A DNA stretch of 64,000 bases, taken from Podarcis liolepis (taxonomy: Eukaryota). Position numbers and translations under genes: made by a program. Below, in pieces: positions 1 through 11,018 of the stretch. Under the pieces are notes generated by a model. The model saw only the letters and a list, made by a program, of their open reading frames with translations. It had not been told where the DNA came from and did no database searches. The DNA lies in the NCBI GenBank assembly GCA_965112155.1, contig OZ218098.1. One strand, 5' to 3'. The stretch's first letter is position 1; each line of letters starts with the position of its first letter.

Positions 1-1363
1 ATTTTTTTATTGTTTACTCCCCACCCTACCCCCACTGCCTTTAAATACTTGCTTTTATGCTGTATTCATTTTCAGTAATGTTTGATGTAAAATGTCAATT
101 CGAGCTAAAATTAGTGAATGAAAACCTAGCCTTATGAGCAGCAAATTGAATATCCTTACTTTAGACCTTCCTTGCCCTCTTCCTTTGGTCATCAAGGATA
201 GTTGCAATTGACACAAGGTGACATTTGATATGATGCATTAATTGAAAACACAAAGTTACAAATTTGGAAGACACAAGTTCGGATACCAGCCTAGAACTTG
301 CAAAGGCTCTTTCAGTACACCAAGATGTTGTACTGAACAGGCAGCATCACCCCCTCCAAGAGTTGTGATCCAACAGCTGGAGGGGACCGTGTTGGCTACC
401 AAACAGTATTTGTTCAGATAATTTTATTGAAGTCCCTTTCAAGCATTCTCCACATGCTCACCTTTGTGTTGAATGGAGCTTTACAGCCCCTTCCTGCCAT
501 CAGTTCATGGGGGGGGGAGGTCTGAAGTGGGGAGCTTTCTCTTTATGCATAGGCTCACTCTGTCCCATACTGCAGTGGTTGCCAATAATTGGATCAGTGG
601 GCACATTTTGAATTTTGAAAGAGTGCACCATGGGGGCATGGCATAACACAAAATTAGCCAATACAGTCAGATGGAGCTTTTCCCTCATTCACAGGTCTGG
701 AACAGGAGTTCAAAATCCTTTTCCTATGTCCAAAACCAACCGTTCTGTAGCCCCACTTAAAGGCAGGCTGTGGAGCTATGGCTTCAGCAGGGCTTGCATT
801 TGGTAAAGTTAATGGGGCTTGCTGATAGTTAATGGTCTCTAGATGGTTTGAGGCAAAGGCAGCTTCATATGACTGGCTTGCAAGGTAGTAAGGAATTTAG
901 TTCCTGCCCCACCTGTGGTTGGCTTCACTGAACCACTTTCACACCACAGCCAAAACAAGGAAGGCTCTTCTTGTTCTGGTCACTTTGGGCATTTCAAGTG
1001 TACAGCAGGCATCTACATGGGTGGGAATTGTGGTCAGTCCATGGTGGCAATAATTGTGCCTGCTATAATTATTTTGGGTCACACTGTAAGTGTGATGAGA
1101 AGCCATATTTGAAGTTCCACTGTCTAGCTACTTTAGTAATTGGTTATACTGTCCTGCAAAATAAGCATTGACCCCCTTGCTTCAGCGTTCTTGAGCTATT
1201 TGCTCCACTGACATCTTTCTACAAGATACCCACTTTCAGACTCTGGCCTGTGTACCATGGATGGAAGGGACAATACATGGTTTGCCCTACCTTGAGTAGG
1301 GTAGCACACTAGATGCCCTTTCATTCCTTCCAGTTCTGATTATGTGTTGCATCTCTCTAATAG

Positions 1364-1441
1364 AAAGCTGTGGAGCTGATGTGCCTTGTTCCTAAACGCT
1401 GCAATGACATGATGAACCTGGGTCGTCTTCAGGGCTTTGAG
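1364..1441 (+). CDS. KALRN: KALRN coding exon A (end of DH2): KAVELMCLVPKRCNDMMNLGRLQGFE
   Basis: tag acceptor 1361-63, gtaaaa donor 1442; 78 nt, phase 0-0; peptide matches the kalirin second RhoGEF C-terminus. Confidence 0.93.
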
Positions 1442-1668
1442 GTAAAAGTCAATATTTTTGAATGTGGATATAATAGTACAATTGTTGACACTAATAGCTG
1501 TGTCTCATTGGAATAGCCCAACTGCATTTTAGAAGGGGGGGGGGATTATGTGCACTTTCTTCCATAAAATGGTGGGTATGAGATGCTTAAACTTTCTGCT
1601 TTGAGTCTTACCCAGGAAGGAAGTTTCGTTTGTACACTTGTGGGCATGAGTGTGCTCTCACACATGTT

Positions 1669-1677
<9 letters not shown>

Positions 1678-1702
<25 letters not shown>
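1678..1702. repeat. (CA)n microsatellite
   Basis: Direct inspection. Confidence 0.9.
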
Positions 1703-2380
1703 GCTGAACGGAGACTGTTTAATCATTTCCTTTGGCACCTGTAATCACATAGCAAGCAGTTTCTTATGCCCGGTGCCTTTTACCTTTGCTGTTGTTGTTG
1801 AAGGCATCACTGTGACTCTCAGTCCAGTGAAACCTTGAAGCTTCTATGTAGTATTGTGTTGAAGTTGTTGTAGCTTATAGATAATTTCCCTGTTACTCCT
1901 GATTCTCCACTGTGGGATTGCTTAATTTATAAGTCATTTTGAGTAAAACTTCAGGCATCTGCTTCAGAGTCACCAATGTGGAAATCTTACATATGGCAGA
2001 GCATTGGACTGAATCCCTTATCACACATACAATATAGTATGGTGTGGGAGATATGCACATACACCTGTGTGTGTGTTGCATGCCAAATTCCTGTGTTCCT
2101 TCAGGGTTTTTTTGATGCAGGAGGTTTGCAAGGGTCAGATATATGGGTGGGCATTCATATATTGTACGTAATTCCATATTCATGTTAGAGTATTGGGTAC
2201 ATGAACTTGGTAGCGAGTTTTGAGCATAAATGGCTAAACATCATGTGATAATGAATCATTTCACACACGTGAGCAAATCATAAGGTCTACCCCAGACCAT
2301 GTGATAACATGCTGGCCGTGATTGGGTGCCTTTCCTCTTTCTATGCCATCTGTGTTTAACTTAACGTTTATTTAACTTAG

Positions 2381-2566
2381 GGCAAGCTGGCAGCCCAAGG
2401 GAAGTTGCTACAGCAGGATACATTCTATGTAACAGAGCAGGATTCTGGAGGTCTCTCTCGGCCAAAAGAACGCAGAGTTTTCCTCTTTGAGCAAATTGTC
2501 ATCTTTAGTGAACTTCTGAGGAAAGGCTCTCTAACACCTGGGTACCTGTTTAAGCGAAGCATAAAG
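2381..2566 (+). CDS. KALRN: KALRN exon B (PH2 N-half): GKLAAQGKLLQQDTFYVTEQ...GYLFKRSIK
   Basis: tag/gtaagt boundaries, 186 nt; ERRVFLFEQIVIFSE Trio/kalirin PH motif. Confidence 0.96.
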
Positions 2567-2944
2567 GTAAGTTGTGCTTGTGCTTCCTTGAGTCATTTGG
2601 AAACTTCACTGCAGTGCATTTTTCCTTTTCTTGGTTTGCTGCACACTAGATAAGCAAAGTTGGTGGTGTGAAAAGGTCCTTCTGCTTCAGTGCAGGAGGT
2701 TTAAAGAAGATGGTCATTAGGCCCTTTTCCAGTCCTACAGTTCTATCATGTCATTCTCTGACTTGCAGCCATGGTGTACGATAGATATATAATCTATTTT
2801 AATATTCTATTCTATTATTCTGTGACGTGTGCGTGTGTGTGCAGACTGAGTGAGTGATTATATAAAACTGCTAGGATAGCATAGGGTTAGGATAATGAGC
2901 GTCAAAATAACATCACATCTAATTAGAGCTGAACTATCTAAACC

Positions 2945-3315
2945 AGAATTGGAGAACCTTGGGCCTAGGGGCCAAATGCCCCTTGGCCCCTCAGTACTCT
3001 CACTTGGTCATACCCCATTCCCAAGCTACACCCTATCGCAGACAGCCTCAGCAGTCCCCTTCACTGCTTTTGCCTGGATGAAATGTGATGTTGACCTACA
3101 AAAACACCTCTTGCTTGCCTTGATGGATGGGTGGGTGTTGTGTGTGTGTGTGCTTCTGAATTCTACATGGCTCAAATATAGCCTACTGTACAAAGGTAGA
3201 AGTTGCATCCGTTGCCCCACCCACTTTCATCTGTGCCCTACTGGCATCCGCCCCCTAGAAAGTTGCCCATGAAGGAAAGAGACCTTCAGGACTGAAGAAG
3301 ATTCCCAACCCCTGC
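2945..3315. mobile_element. Degraded non-autonomous hAT-like element (related copy at ~47745-48050)
   Basis: Shares internal blocks with 47745-48050 (gcctact..., acatccgttgc / gcatccgttgc, actggcat, aaagttgcc); ends resemble ggggaacc...ccccaccc. Confidence 0.45.
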
Positions 3316-3803
3316 TCTAAATGTTCAGCAAAAAACTTCAGTCAGCAGATGATAAACCTTTGTACACTTGCATTGTATGCCTGGGCAAAGAGCATTATAC
3401 TTTCCCTCTTAGAGGCTGTTCTGTTTGTGCTTGTGTTTATTTGACAATATGACAGAAAGCATTTTCTGTTTTGGAGGGCATCTCATGTAGAGCAATTTTC
3501 TTCCTACCACCCATAATTATTAGCATTGCTAACCATTAAAGAAAGCCAGTAACTCAGAGATAATTGAACTGTTCATGAAGATGTTTAGCATAGAAGCTGA
3601 AGAACAAAGCTGAAAGCCAAGTATTCTCTATGGGATGTTACTTCCAGAGAGTTCCTCCTCTGGAGAAGTGAACCTTCTGTGGTTGCTGCTCTTCATTTGG
3701 ACAGTGGTGGCAGGGCCATCTTTCAGTTTAGCTGCTATATAGTTTACCTGAAGTTGCTTGCTCCCCCTTGAATGAGCATTGAGTTTTCTCTGGTTGCTTG
3801 CAG

Positions 3804-3975
3804 ATGACATACCTAATCCTTGAGGATAATGTGGACAATGATCCCTGCAAATTCGCACTCATGAGTCGGGAAACGTCAGAAAGGCTCATTTTGCAGGCAG
3901 CCAATCCTGAAATCCAGCAAGCTTGGGTGGAGGATATCAATCAAGTGCTGGACACACAGAGGGACTTCTTAAATG
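3804..3975 (+). CDS. KALRN: KALRN exon C (PH2 C-half): MTYLILEDNVDNDPCKFAL...QRDFLN
   Basis: cag/gtaagc boundaries, 172 nt, phase 0-1. Confidence 0.95.
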
Positions 3976-5174
3976 GTAAGCATTTTTACCTCTGTCCTTG
4001 ATTATAGAAAACCCAAGTGCTTTCTGACTGTTCTGGGCAGAACCTTATTCCTACCTAGATTGCTGTTGCAGACCGCCTCTATAACTGTCGTGCACACTGA
4101 CCTTCCTTTTAAATGGAGCATGACTGGAGGCAGATAAATTTTGTGCTAGGGATTAAAATCTAGGGTGAAAATCTTTCTTTTAGGAAGTCTAGTAGTGGAG
4201 TTCAGGATGGGGTGTGTTGGATTGTACCATTGTCTCCCAGATCACCCCATCCAGATACTTACTGCCACTCTCAAAGAACTCTATAAATGGTTAGCAAGAC
4301 AAGTCCTACTTTCTCAGAAACCATGTTAATTCTTCTTCAGCAACACTTCTTTTTGTATATGCTGTCATCTTTCACAACAGTGTCCAGCAGTTTACCTGGA
4401 ACAGATGCTAGGCTAACTGGCTTGTCATTTCCTGTAGCCCTCTTTAAAAATTGACCACTTCACAGTCCTTAGGTATGCAAGCCAGTCTTGGTACAACCTA
4501 CATTTCCCCCCCAATGAAGCTGAATCATGTGAGATTCAGGACATATTAGAGGAAGTCCTACTTCACACAGTATGTAGTTTCAACTATGGACTCCTCTTCT
4601 ACTCAGAGGGGATATAGCAGCCCACAGGTTCCCCATCCATGTTATATTTGCATATAGTAAGGGATGGGCATGCAGAGCTCCTGACTTTGAAACTAGGTTT
4701 GTTCTGTTTTCTTCTTGTTCTTAAGCCAGAATTTTGCAGAAGCTGCCTTTGCCTCTCTTCTCTACCAATTTCATCTTAAATAAAATAAAGATTAGTAAAC
4801 TTTTAGGTCTAGCTGCTATTTAGTATCAACCACCAGAGCAACAAATTATGGAAGCAGGAGGGGCATCACTGAGCAGACACTTCTCACTGTTGCTGTTATC
4901 GAGAGGCTAGAAGTAGGGAGTATTACTATGAGCTCCAAGCAGGCCTGATCTACACCGTTGGGTTTTTACAATCTTGTTAAGTCAGCACTTGTGAAAGTGC
5001 TTCCCTCACTCTTCCTGAAGAGAAACTTTCAGCGCTTCCAAGCTATGTAGGTGAATGGTTTGTATTTTCCCAGGCTACTTGTTTGAAACAAGCTAAACAT
5101 GGCATCCCTTGCATTAGGCAAACATGGTGTCGCAAATGGGCAGGTCTGTACTAACTCCTAGTGTTCTACTCCAG

Positions 5175-5416
5175 CACTACAGTCTCCTATAGAGTACCAG
5201 CGCAAAGAAAACAGCAGTTCTGCTGTAATGAGACCCCAGACCAGCAGGGTACCTCAGCCCATCACCAGACCCTATTCCTCAGGTCCAGTAGGGTCGGATA
5301 AACCTTTGAAGGCTACAATGCGTAACCCATCTCTTCCACCTCTGAAAATATCTACCTCCAATGGCAGCACAGGGCATGAGCAGCACCAGCCTGGGGACAA
5401 ATATGAACTAATCAAG
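5175..5416 (+). CDS. KALRN: KALRN exon D: ALQSPIEYQRKE...PGDKYELIK
   Basis: cag/gtatgt boundaries, 242 nt, phase 1-0; the ALQSPIEYQR motif follows PH2 in kalirin/Trio. Confidence 0.95.
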
Positions 5417-5907
5417 GTATGTATGTATTTTCACTTTGTGTTGTTGTGTTTTTTACTGCAATTGCCATCATTTCAAATTTGGCCTGTTACTGGTTAGTGG
5501 ATGTGAGTACTTGAACCCGTGAGTCAATATATAGATGGTAACTGCTGATCCAAGAAGGAAATGGTCTTCAGCTTTCAGACAGCAACATCCAGTCTTAAGC
5601 CTGTTCTGAGTGTTAGGAAAGGGCTCAAGAATCTGCATGGTGCGATTTTGTTAAAAAGCTGAAAGCAAATTCGACAGAGGGAAACACAAGTGCATCTCTA
5701 GGCTTGAAATCACTGCCTCATGTGCTGGTGGCTATTAGCTGTAGTTGCTTTAAAGAACAACAACAATCTTAAGACAAATTCATGGGGAATGGTCCCCACC
5801 GATGGCTGAATGGGAAGTCCATGTTCAGAGGGAGTAGATAACAGCAAGAGAGTGCAATTGCCTTCATTCCTTCTTGCAGACTTCTCAGCAACAACTGGGA
5901 TAAGTGA

Positions 5908-6052
5908 AACATAGGAATCTGTGGTATACCAAGTCAGACTGTTAGTCTGCCTGGCTCAGTATTGTCTACACCGACTAGCAGGGTTTCAATCCTAACTCTC
6001 TCCCAGCCCTACCTAGACATGAGTTGAACCAGGGAGCTTTTGCACACAAAGT
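5908..6052 (-). mobile_element. tRNA-derived squamate SINE, degraded
   Basis: Similar to the copies at 54570 and 60266 (gtctacac.gact, ttgaacc B-box, CR1-like ttcctatgtt tail). Confidence 0.55.
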
Positions 6053-6556
6053 TCTTCTTGCTTCTTATTTTTCTTTACCTTAATTATATCAGCTACTACT
6101 TCCATTATGTGACCAGGGTTTCACTTTGCCTTCCAAAACCGATGTAACTTGATGCATTTATTTAACTGATCTTCTTTTCTTGCCCTCCCATCTCCCAAAT
6201 TAGGAAAATAATCGATTTTCAAAAATGCCCTATGAAATTAGTTGACAACTGTTGTGTCCCAAGCTTATGCATAGGTTTTGTTCACAAGCAGGCTATTAAA
6301 AAGAGCTACTGCTTATAGTGACCATGAGTATGCATTTGTGAATTTACGCCAACTGATCTGTAGTCTGTCAATCATACAGCATCACATGGAAGGAAACACA
6401 GTGCAGTTGCCTAGGCAACATGCTGCTGTGCACACTGAGATGTCTTGTAAACTCTTAGTACACTTAAATGTGTTGCCCAGGAGATGCTGATAAAAAAAAA
6501 CTTAGCATTGCACCCGAGCTATCTTGTCACTGTTTCTTTCTGTGTCTCTTCTTCAG

Positions 6557-6804
6557 AATGACTTGGGTGGGTGCAATGGGACCTCTTCTATGGTGGTCAT
6601 CAAAGATTACTATGCACTGAAGGAGAATGAAATCTGTGTCAACCAGGGTGAGGTGGTCCAAGTACTTGCCATTAACCAGCAGAACATGTTCCTTGTGTAC
6701 CAGCCTGCCAATGACCATTCACCAGCAGCAGAAGGATGGATCCCAGGGAATATATTGGCTCCCCTCACTAAATCAACTACAGATAATAGCGATGGAGGCA
6801 TAAA
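6557..6804 (+). CDS. KALRN: KALRN exon E (second SH3 domain): NDLGGCNGTSSMVVIKDYYALKENEI...EGWIPG...DGGIK
   Basis: cag acceptor, gtaagt donor at 6805 (phase 2); SH3 motifs DY and EGWIPG. Confidence 0.95.
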
Positions 6805-7550
6805 GTAAGTGCTGTGTTGGATTCCCTGGGAGCAGTATGTGGATTTTTGAGGAAAAATAAAACCCAAATCTTAGGATTTTCCTGCCTTTTTAAAAAATCT
6901 ACAGTGCCATTGGAACAAACTTTGCTTGGTAACACAACATGGGGTATCCATGTTGGCATAGTTGGGCTTTTGTTGGAATTTTGTTCTCTCCCCGCTCTGC
7001 CCCCATAGTTTGTAAAGAATTGAAATCTATAGACAGTTTAAAGGGCATGGTTTCCCCCCCCCCCATCCTTTCCTAAATATGGACCTGATTTGACTGGACT
7101 TGTATTTATCTTGTGCTTCAAATTGCTTATAATATATATATAAATAAATATAAATATATATATATATATAGGTTATAATGATATAGAGCAAAGAAAAACA
7201 CCAGCCACATACATCAGGCCTTGTATTGGATTGAGACCCACTTCTCAAGGAATAGAGATTCGATGTTGTCAATGGCAATTTCTTGTACAGATTGTAACTT
7301 TTTTATTTTGAAAGTTTCTTTTTTCTGTTCACATAATATTTTGTAAAAATAATTTGGTTTGAGAAATCCCCTTTGGAGTACATTCCTGTAAAAAGTATTT
7401 TGCACTATTTAAAGAAACCCATATTTGAAGTCAGGTTGTGCAATATTATGGATAGTCGCAATGTTCATCATTGTACCTGTAATGTAACTAATAATTTTAA
7501 ATGTACTATTTTAAATATGTAAAATAAATTTTCACCATGAGCATGTTTTG
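6805..7550 (+). other. KALRN: Probable alternative 3'UTR of a kinase-less (Kalirin-9-like) isoform
   Basis: Read-through of the exon E donor gives AAG TAA (stop 6806-6808). AU-rich UTR-like sequence follows, with miRNA 8mer sites at 7400-7407 and 7438-7445 and AATAAA at 7523-7528. Confidence 0.7.
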
Positions 7551-7918
7551 ATGAGGTTAAAAAGGACCAGTTTTTGACCCTCTTTAAGTTCTTATTTTTC
7601 TTACAATGTTTTGTTGCTTATTTAACAAATGTGTGAATACTATTTCACCTTTTTTTGAAATTTGTCAGTTTGAAATGACTAAATAATGCAAGAAAATGTT
7701 TTTGATATTAAATACTGAAGGTACAATCCTTTTTGTAAAACCAGTTGATTTTTATTTTTTTAAAATCTTCAGTTGTCAAAAATTGATTCAGCATTGGTTA
7801 TCTTGCACAGATTCCTTGGAGTACAGTTGTTGAAGGGAGCTCTTCACTGGACTTTTAAGTACTGAAGATTAGGTGTGTTGACTCATTAGATTTAACGTAT
7901 GCTGCAGCAAATGAATAA

Positions 7919-8295
7919 GGCCCAGTGCAGGCCCAGTGTTGCCAGTCTTTATATCTTAAGAGAGAGGGAATAGCCTACACGAAGATTTCCACACAAAGAT
8001 TTTTTTCTTATTAGCCTTAGCCACGATTTATTGTTGCATCTGCATAGATGCTAACCATGTTTAGCCATGAGTCTGATTTCTAACCAGGATTTGAAGCAAG
8101 ACTGCAAATATTTGCTAAGCTACTTCGCATTAACCATGGTTAGCATTGGTGCATCCTGGATGTAGTGCTCAGCTATGGCAAAAACCAACAAGAGAAGAGG
8201 TGAATTTACACCAAAGAGGGGAGAAAGAATGTGAGCTCACAGCACACCTCCTGCTTTTTTGTCAATGCTTAATATGGTTAGGTCTGCACTGGGCC
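7919..8295. mobile_element. PIF/Harbinger-like MITE
   Basis: TIRs GGCCCAGTGCAGGCC / GGTCTGCACTGGGCC flanked by a TAA 3-bp TSD on both sides; internal aaccatggtt-type repeats. Confidence 0.7.
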
Positions 8296-8321
8296 TAATA
8301 ATTTATAGTCTTTACAAAGTT

Positions 8322-8466
8322 ATCATAGAATTGTAGAGTTGGAGGGACTAGTAGGGTCATTTAGTCCAATCCCCTGCAGAGCAGGAATCTTTTGCCCAAT
8401 GTGGGGATTGAACCCCAACCCTGAGATTAAGAGTCTCGTGCTCTATCAACTGAGCTTTGTCCTGAC
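8322..8466 (-). mobile_element. tRNA-Lys(CTT)-derived SINE with CR1-like 3' tail
   Basis: Reverse complement AGCTCAGTTGATAGAGCACGAGACTCTTAATCTCAGGGTTGGGGTTCAATCCCCACATTGGGC, then ttggactaaatgacc...tccaactctacaattctatgat (CR1 3' end). Confidence 0.8.
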
Positions 8467-10004
8467 CATCATTCATCCAGTGAAGATCAAAAGGTGATAT
8501 CAAGGCCTGAGGAAATGGGGAGTGACAGAAGTTTCTTAATGGAACTCACATGCTGGTTTTGCCAGGCGTTTGTGTGATTGGCCTTGCTCAGGGTAACCTC
8601 CCATATTAGGAACAACCCAGGGGGCATATTTACAAAATTCAGTGAAATGTGGGAGCAGTTATTTTCATGGCAAGGGGAATTGACATGTGGGTTGGGACTT
8701 AGGTTTTTGACCATGACTTTTCATGCACAAAACTGCTATGCTACAGGAAGACCAATGATACAGCAAACATTGCACCAATGGAAATAAAGCACAATGACTT
8801 GCTGGGTGGGAAAAACATGGACAATATATGCATAAATACATAACAGTACAGAGAGAGAAGGCCTGTGTATCTCTCTCATGGGTTTCACGCTACTATAGAA
8901 TATCACTGCAAATGCTGAGAATTCTGTACACTTTGTTTCAAAGCCTTTTATGTTCTCAAAATTACTACAAGCTAACTTGAATGTATAGGGGGAAATGGGA
9001 ATTTTTCTTCCCCTCCTCTCCAACATTAAAAGTTTGGCCTTTTATTCAGAAAAAAAGCAAATCTATATCAATCTTACTTCACTAGTTTTATGTTCCTTAA
9101 TAATGTTCACATTCTTTCCCATTTACTTATCATGCTTCTATGGATATTATGCTCAAGTATAATCTTGGAGAAATATGCCCCCTGAGCTCTGCAAACCAAA
9201 GCCCTGTTCATGCCTGCAGTACACACATTCACTGAATGTTTGGGTGAAGGAGTGAAACCACAGGTCATTAGGAGCCCCTTTCACACCTTCTGCTAATTAT
9301 ACTTGAATATGAAGCTATATTTCCCCCACTTGTTCAGTGAGCATGCATGTGGAGGTTATGAACAGGACTGGTACAGCGAAGTATCACATGGTTTGATGAT
9401 ATCGATATCGATTGCATGTGCCCAAACAATGTTGCCTATCAGACTTCTCTTGTAACACTAGCATATACACAGTTCATAAACTACGGTTGACCACAATTTG
9501 ATATAAATCAGTTTAGTCTTGTGATGGTGTGGCTTATTTGCTCTAAGCCTTGGGGGGGTTTTGCTTTTTAATATTACACTGCAGCCAAGTAATCTGGTGA
9601 ACAATATTATAAGCACAAAAGCATTTTAGTACTGGAACAAAGTGTTGTTTCATGAGAAAATTCATAAAATGTTTATTCATCTCCCAGTTTGCATGCAACT
9701 TTTTGAGTAGCTCTACACACCATTTTTCACCACAGTAAAAAAAGACGAATGTCATACGTGTGTACACACATCCAGAACCTCTTGCTCAATTGGGAATCCC
9801 AGATATATGTACATGAATGTTTAAAAGATGTATGTGTGGATGCCCACCCTTCACATATTTTCTGCAGGAAACACTGGTGGAAACACTGCAGGAAACACTG
9901 TTACAGCAGTGTTTTCCTGTGGCAGTTATGAAGTGCAGACCTGCCCTTTCTTGTAAGGTATGTTGTTATGTCTTCATAGCTGGGATCAGAGTCTAGACTT
10001 GCAG

Positions 10005-10041
10005 CATACATACATACATACATACATACATACATACATAC
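10005..10041. repeat. (TACA)n microsatellite
   Basis: Direct inspection. Confidence 0.9.
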
Positions 10042-10894
10042 AAACAAGCCCAAGACAAATACAGCAGACAACTGAGCCATGGTTCTAGCTGTTTTGGAAA
10101 AGTGAGTTCTCACTCAGCTGTATACATGAAAATGTATTACAAATCTACGGAGGGGGGATTCTCTGTTATAAAGTGACATGCAGGGGCGATCCAGTTAATG
10201 ACTAAATAGTTGTCAGTATTCTTATTTGCTTTGATACATACTCTTTCCTATTTCTGCTTCCCCATTCTAAAGAAAACATTTTGTGGCAAAGGTAGGATGT
10301 GTATTGGGACACAAAATGGGAATATATAAACTTCATTTTCTGTTCCTTAGAGCAGAAAGACAAGCATTGCTACACTTAAGCAAAGAAGTTCCTGTTCTTT
10401 CAACATGCCTGTGTTTTATCAACTCAGCTGTACTATGATGTTTATCTCCTCTATCTAATAAAGTGGTTATTATCTAACTTCTGATGTTTGGGAGCTGGCA
10501 CCGAACCATGGAATATACAAATGCTTTTGTATATAAGATATGAACAAAGACTTCATTTCTCTCTAATTTTGCAATATTTTCACTTTAACTGGAAGAATTT
10601 ACTTTGCCAACCCTTGCAGGTTATGAATAAGAAGTATGCTGTTATCTGCGGACCTGCAGCCAACTTACAGAAAATATCTTTTTTCAATTAGCAAGAATAA
10701 ACAAAACATTTGTTCTAGACTAGTTTGAAATCCTGACTTGAATGTTTGCACCCAACTAGGCATATTGCAAGTGGCTTCTCCCTTCTTAAGGGGGGCTGCA
10801 GGTATCAAGAACATGTGTGCTGATTGCTTTTCCACATCCCTTCCTCTTCCTACTAAGATACGCCATTTGATTGGTGCATTTTTTGGTACAACAG

Positions 10895-11018
10895 GAAGTC
10901 ATGTTCATGGCATACCCTGCGCATGAGAAAGCGGGCAGAAAAGGAAAGCAGTGGCAAAACTGAAGCCAATGGCCTACGTAAACCCAAGGATATTCTGGGC
11001 AACAAAGTCTCTGTTAAA
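10895..11018 (+). CDS. KALRN: KALRN exon F: KKSCSWHTLRMRKRAEKESSGKTEANGLRKPKDILGNKVSVK
   Basis: cag/gtgagt boundaries, 124 nt, phase 2-0. Confidence 0.93.

Noticed and set aside
8394-8466. Functional tRNA-Lys(CTT) gene
   Set aside because: The 5' acceptor-stem half does not pair with the 3' half, there is no oligo-T terminator, and it is fused to a CR1 tail, so it is a SINE
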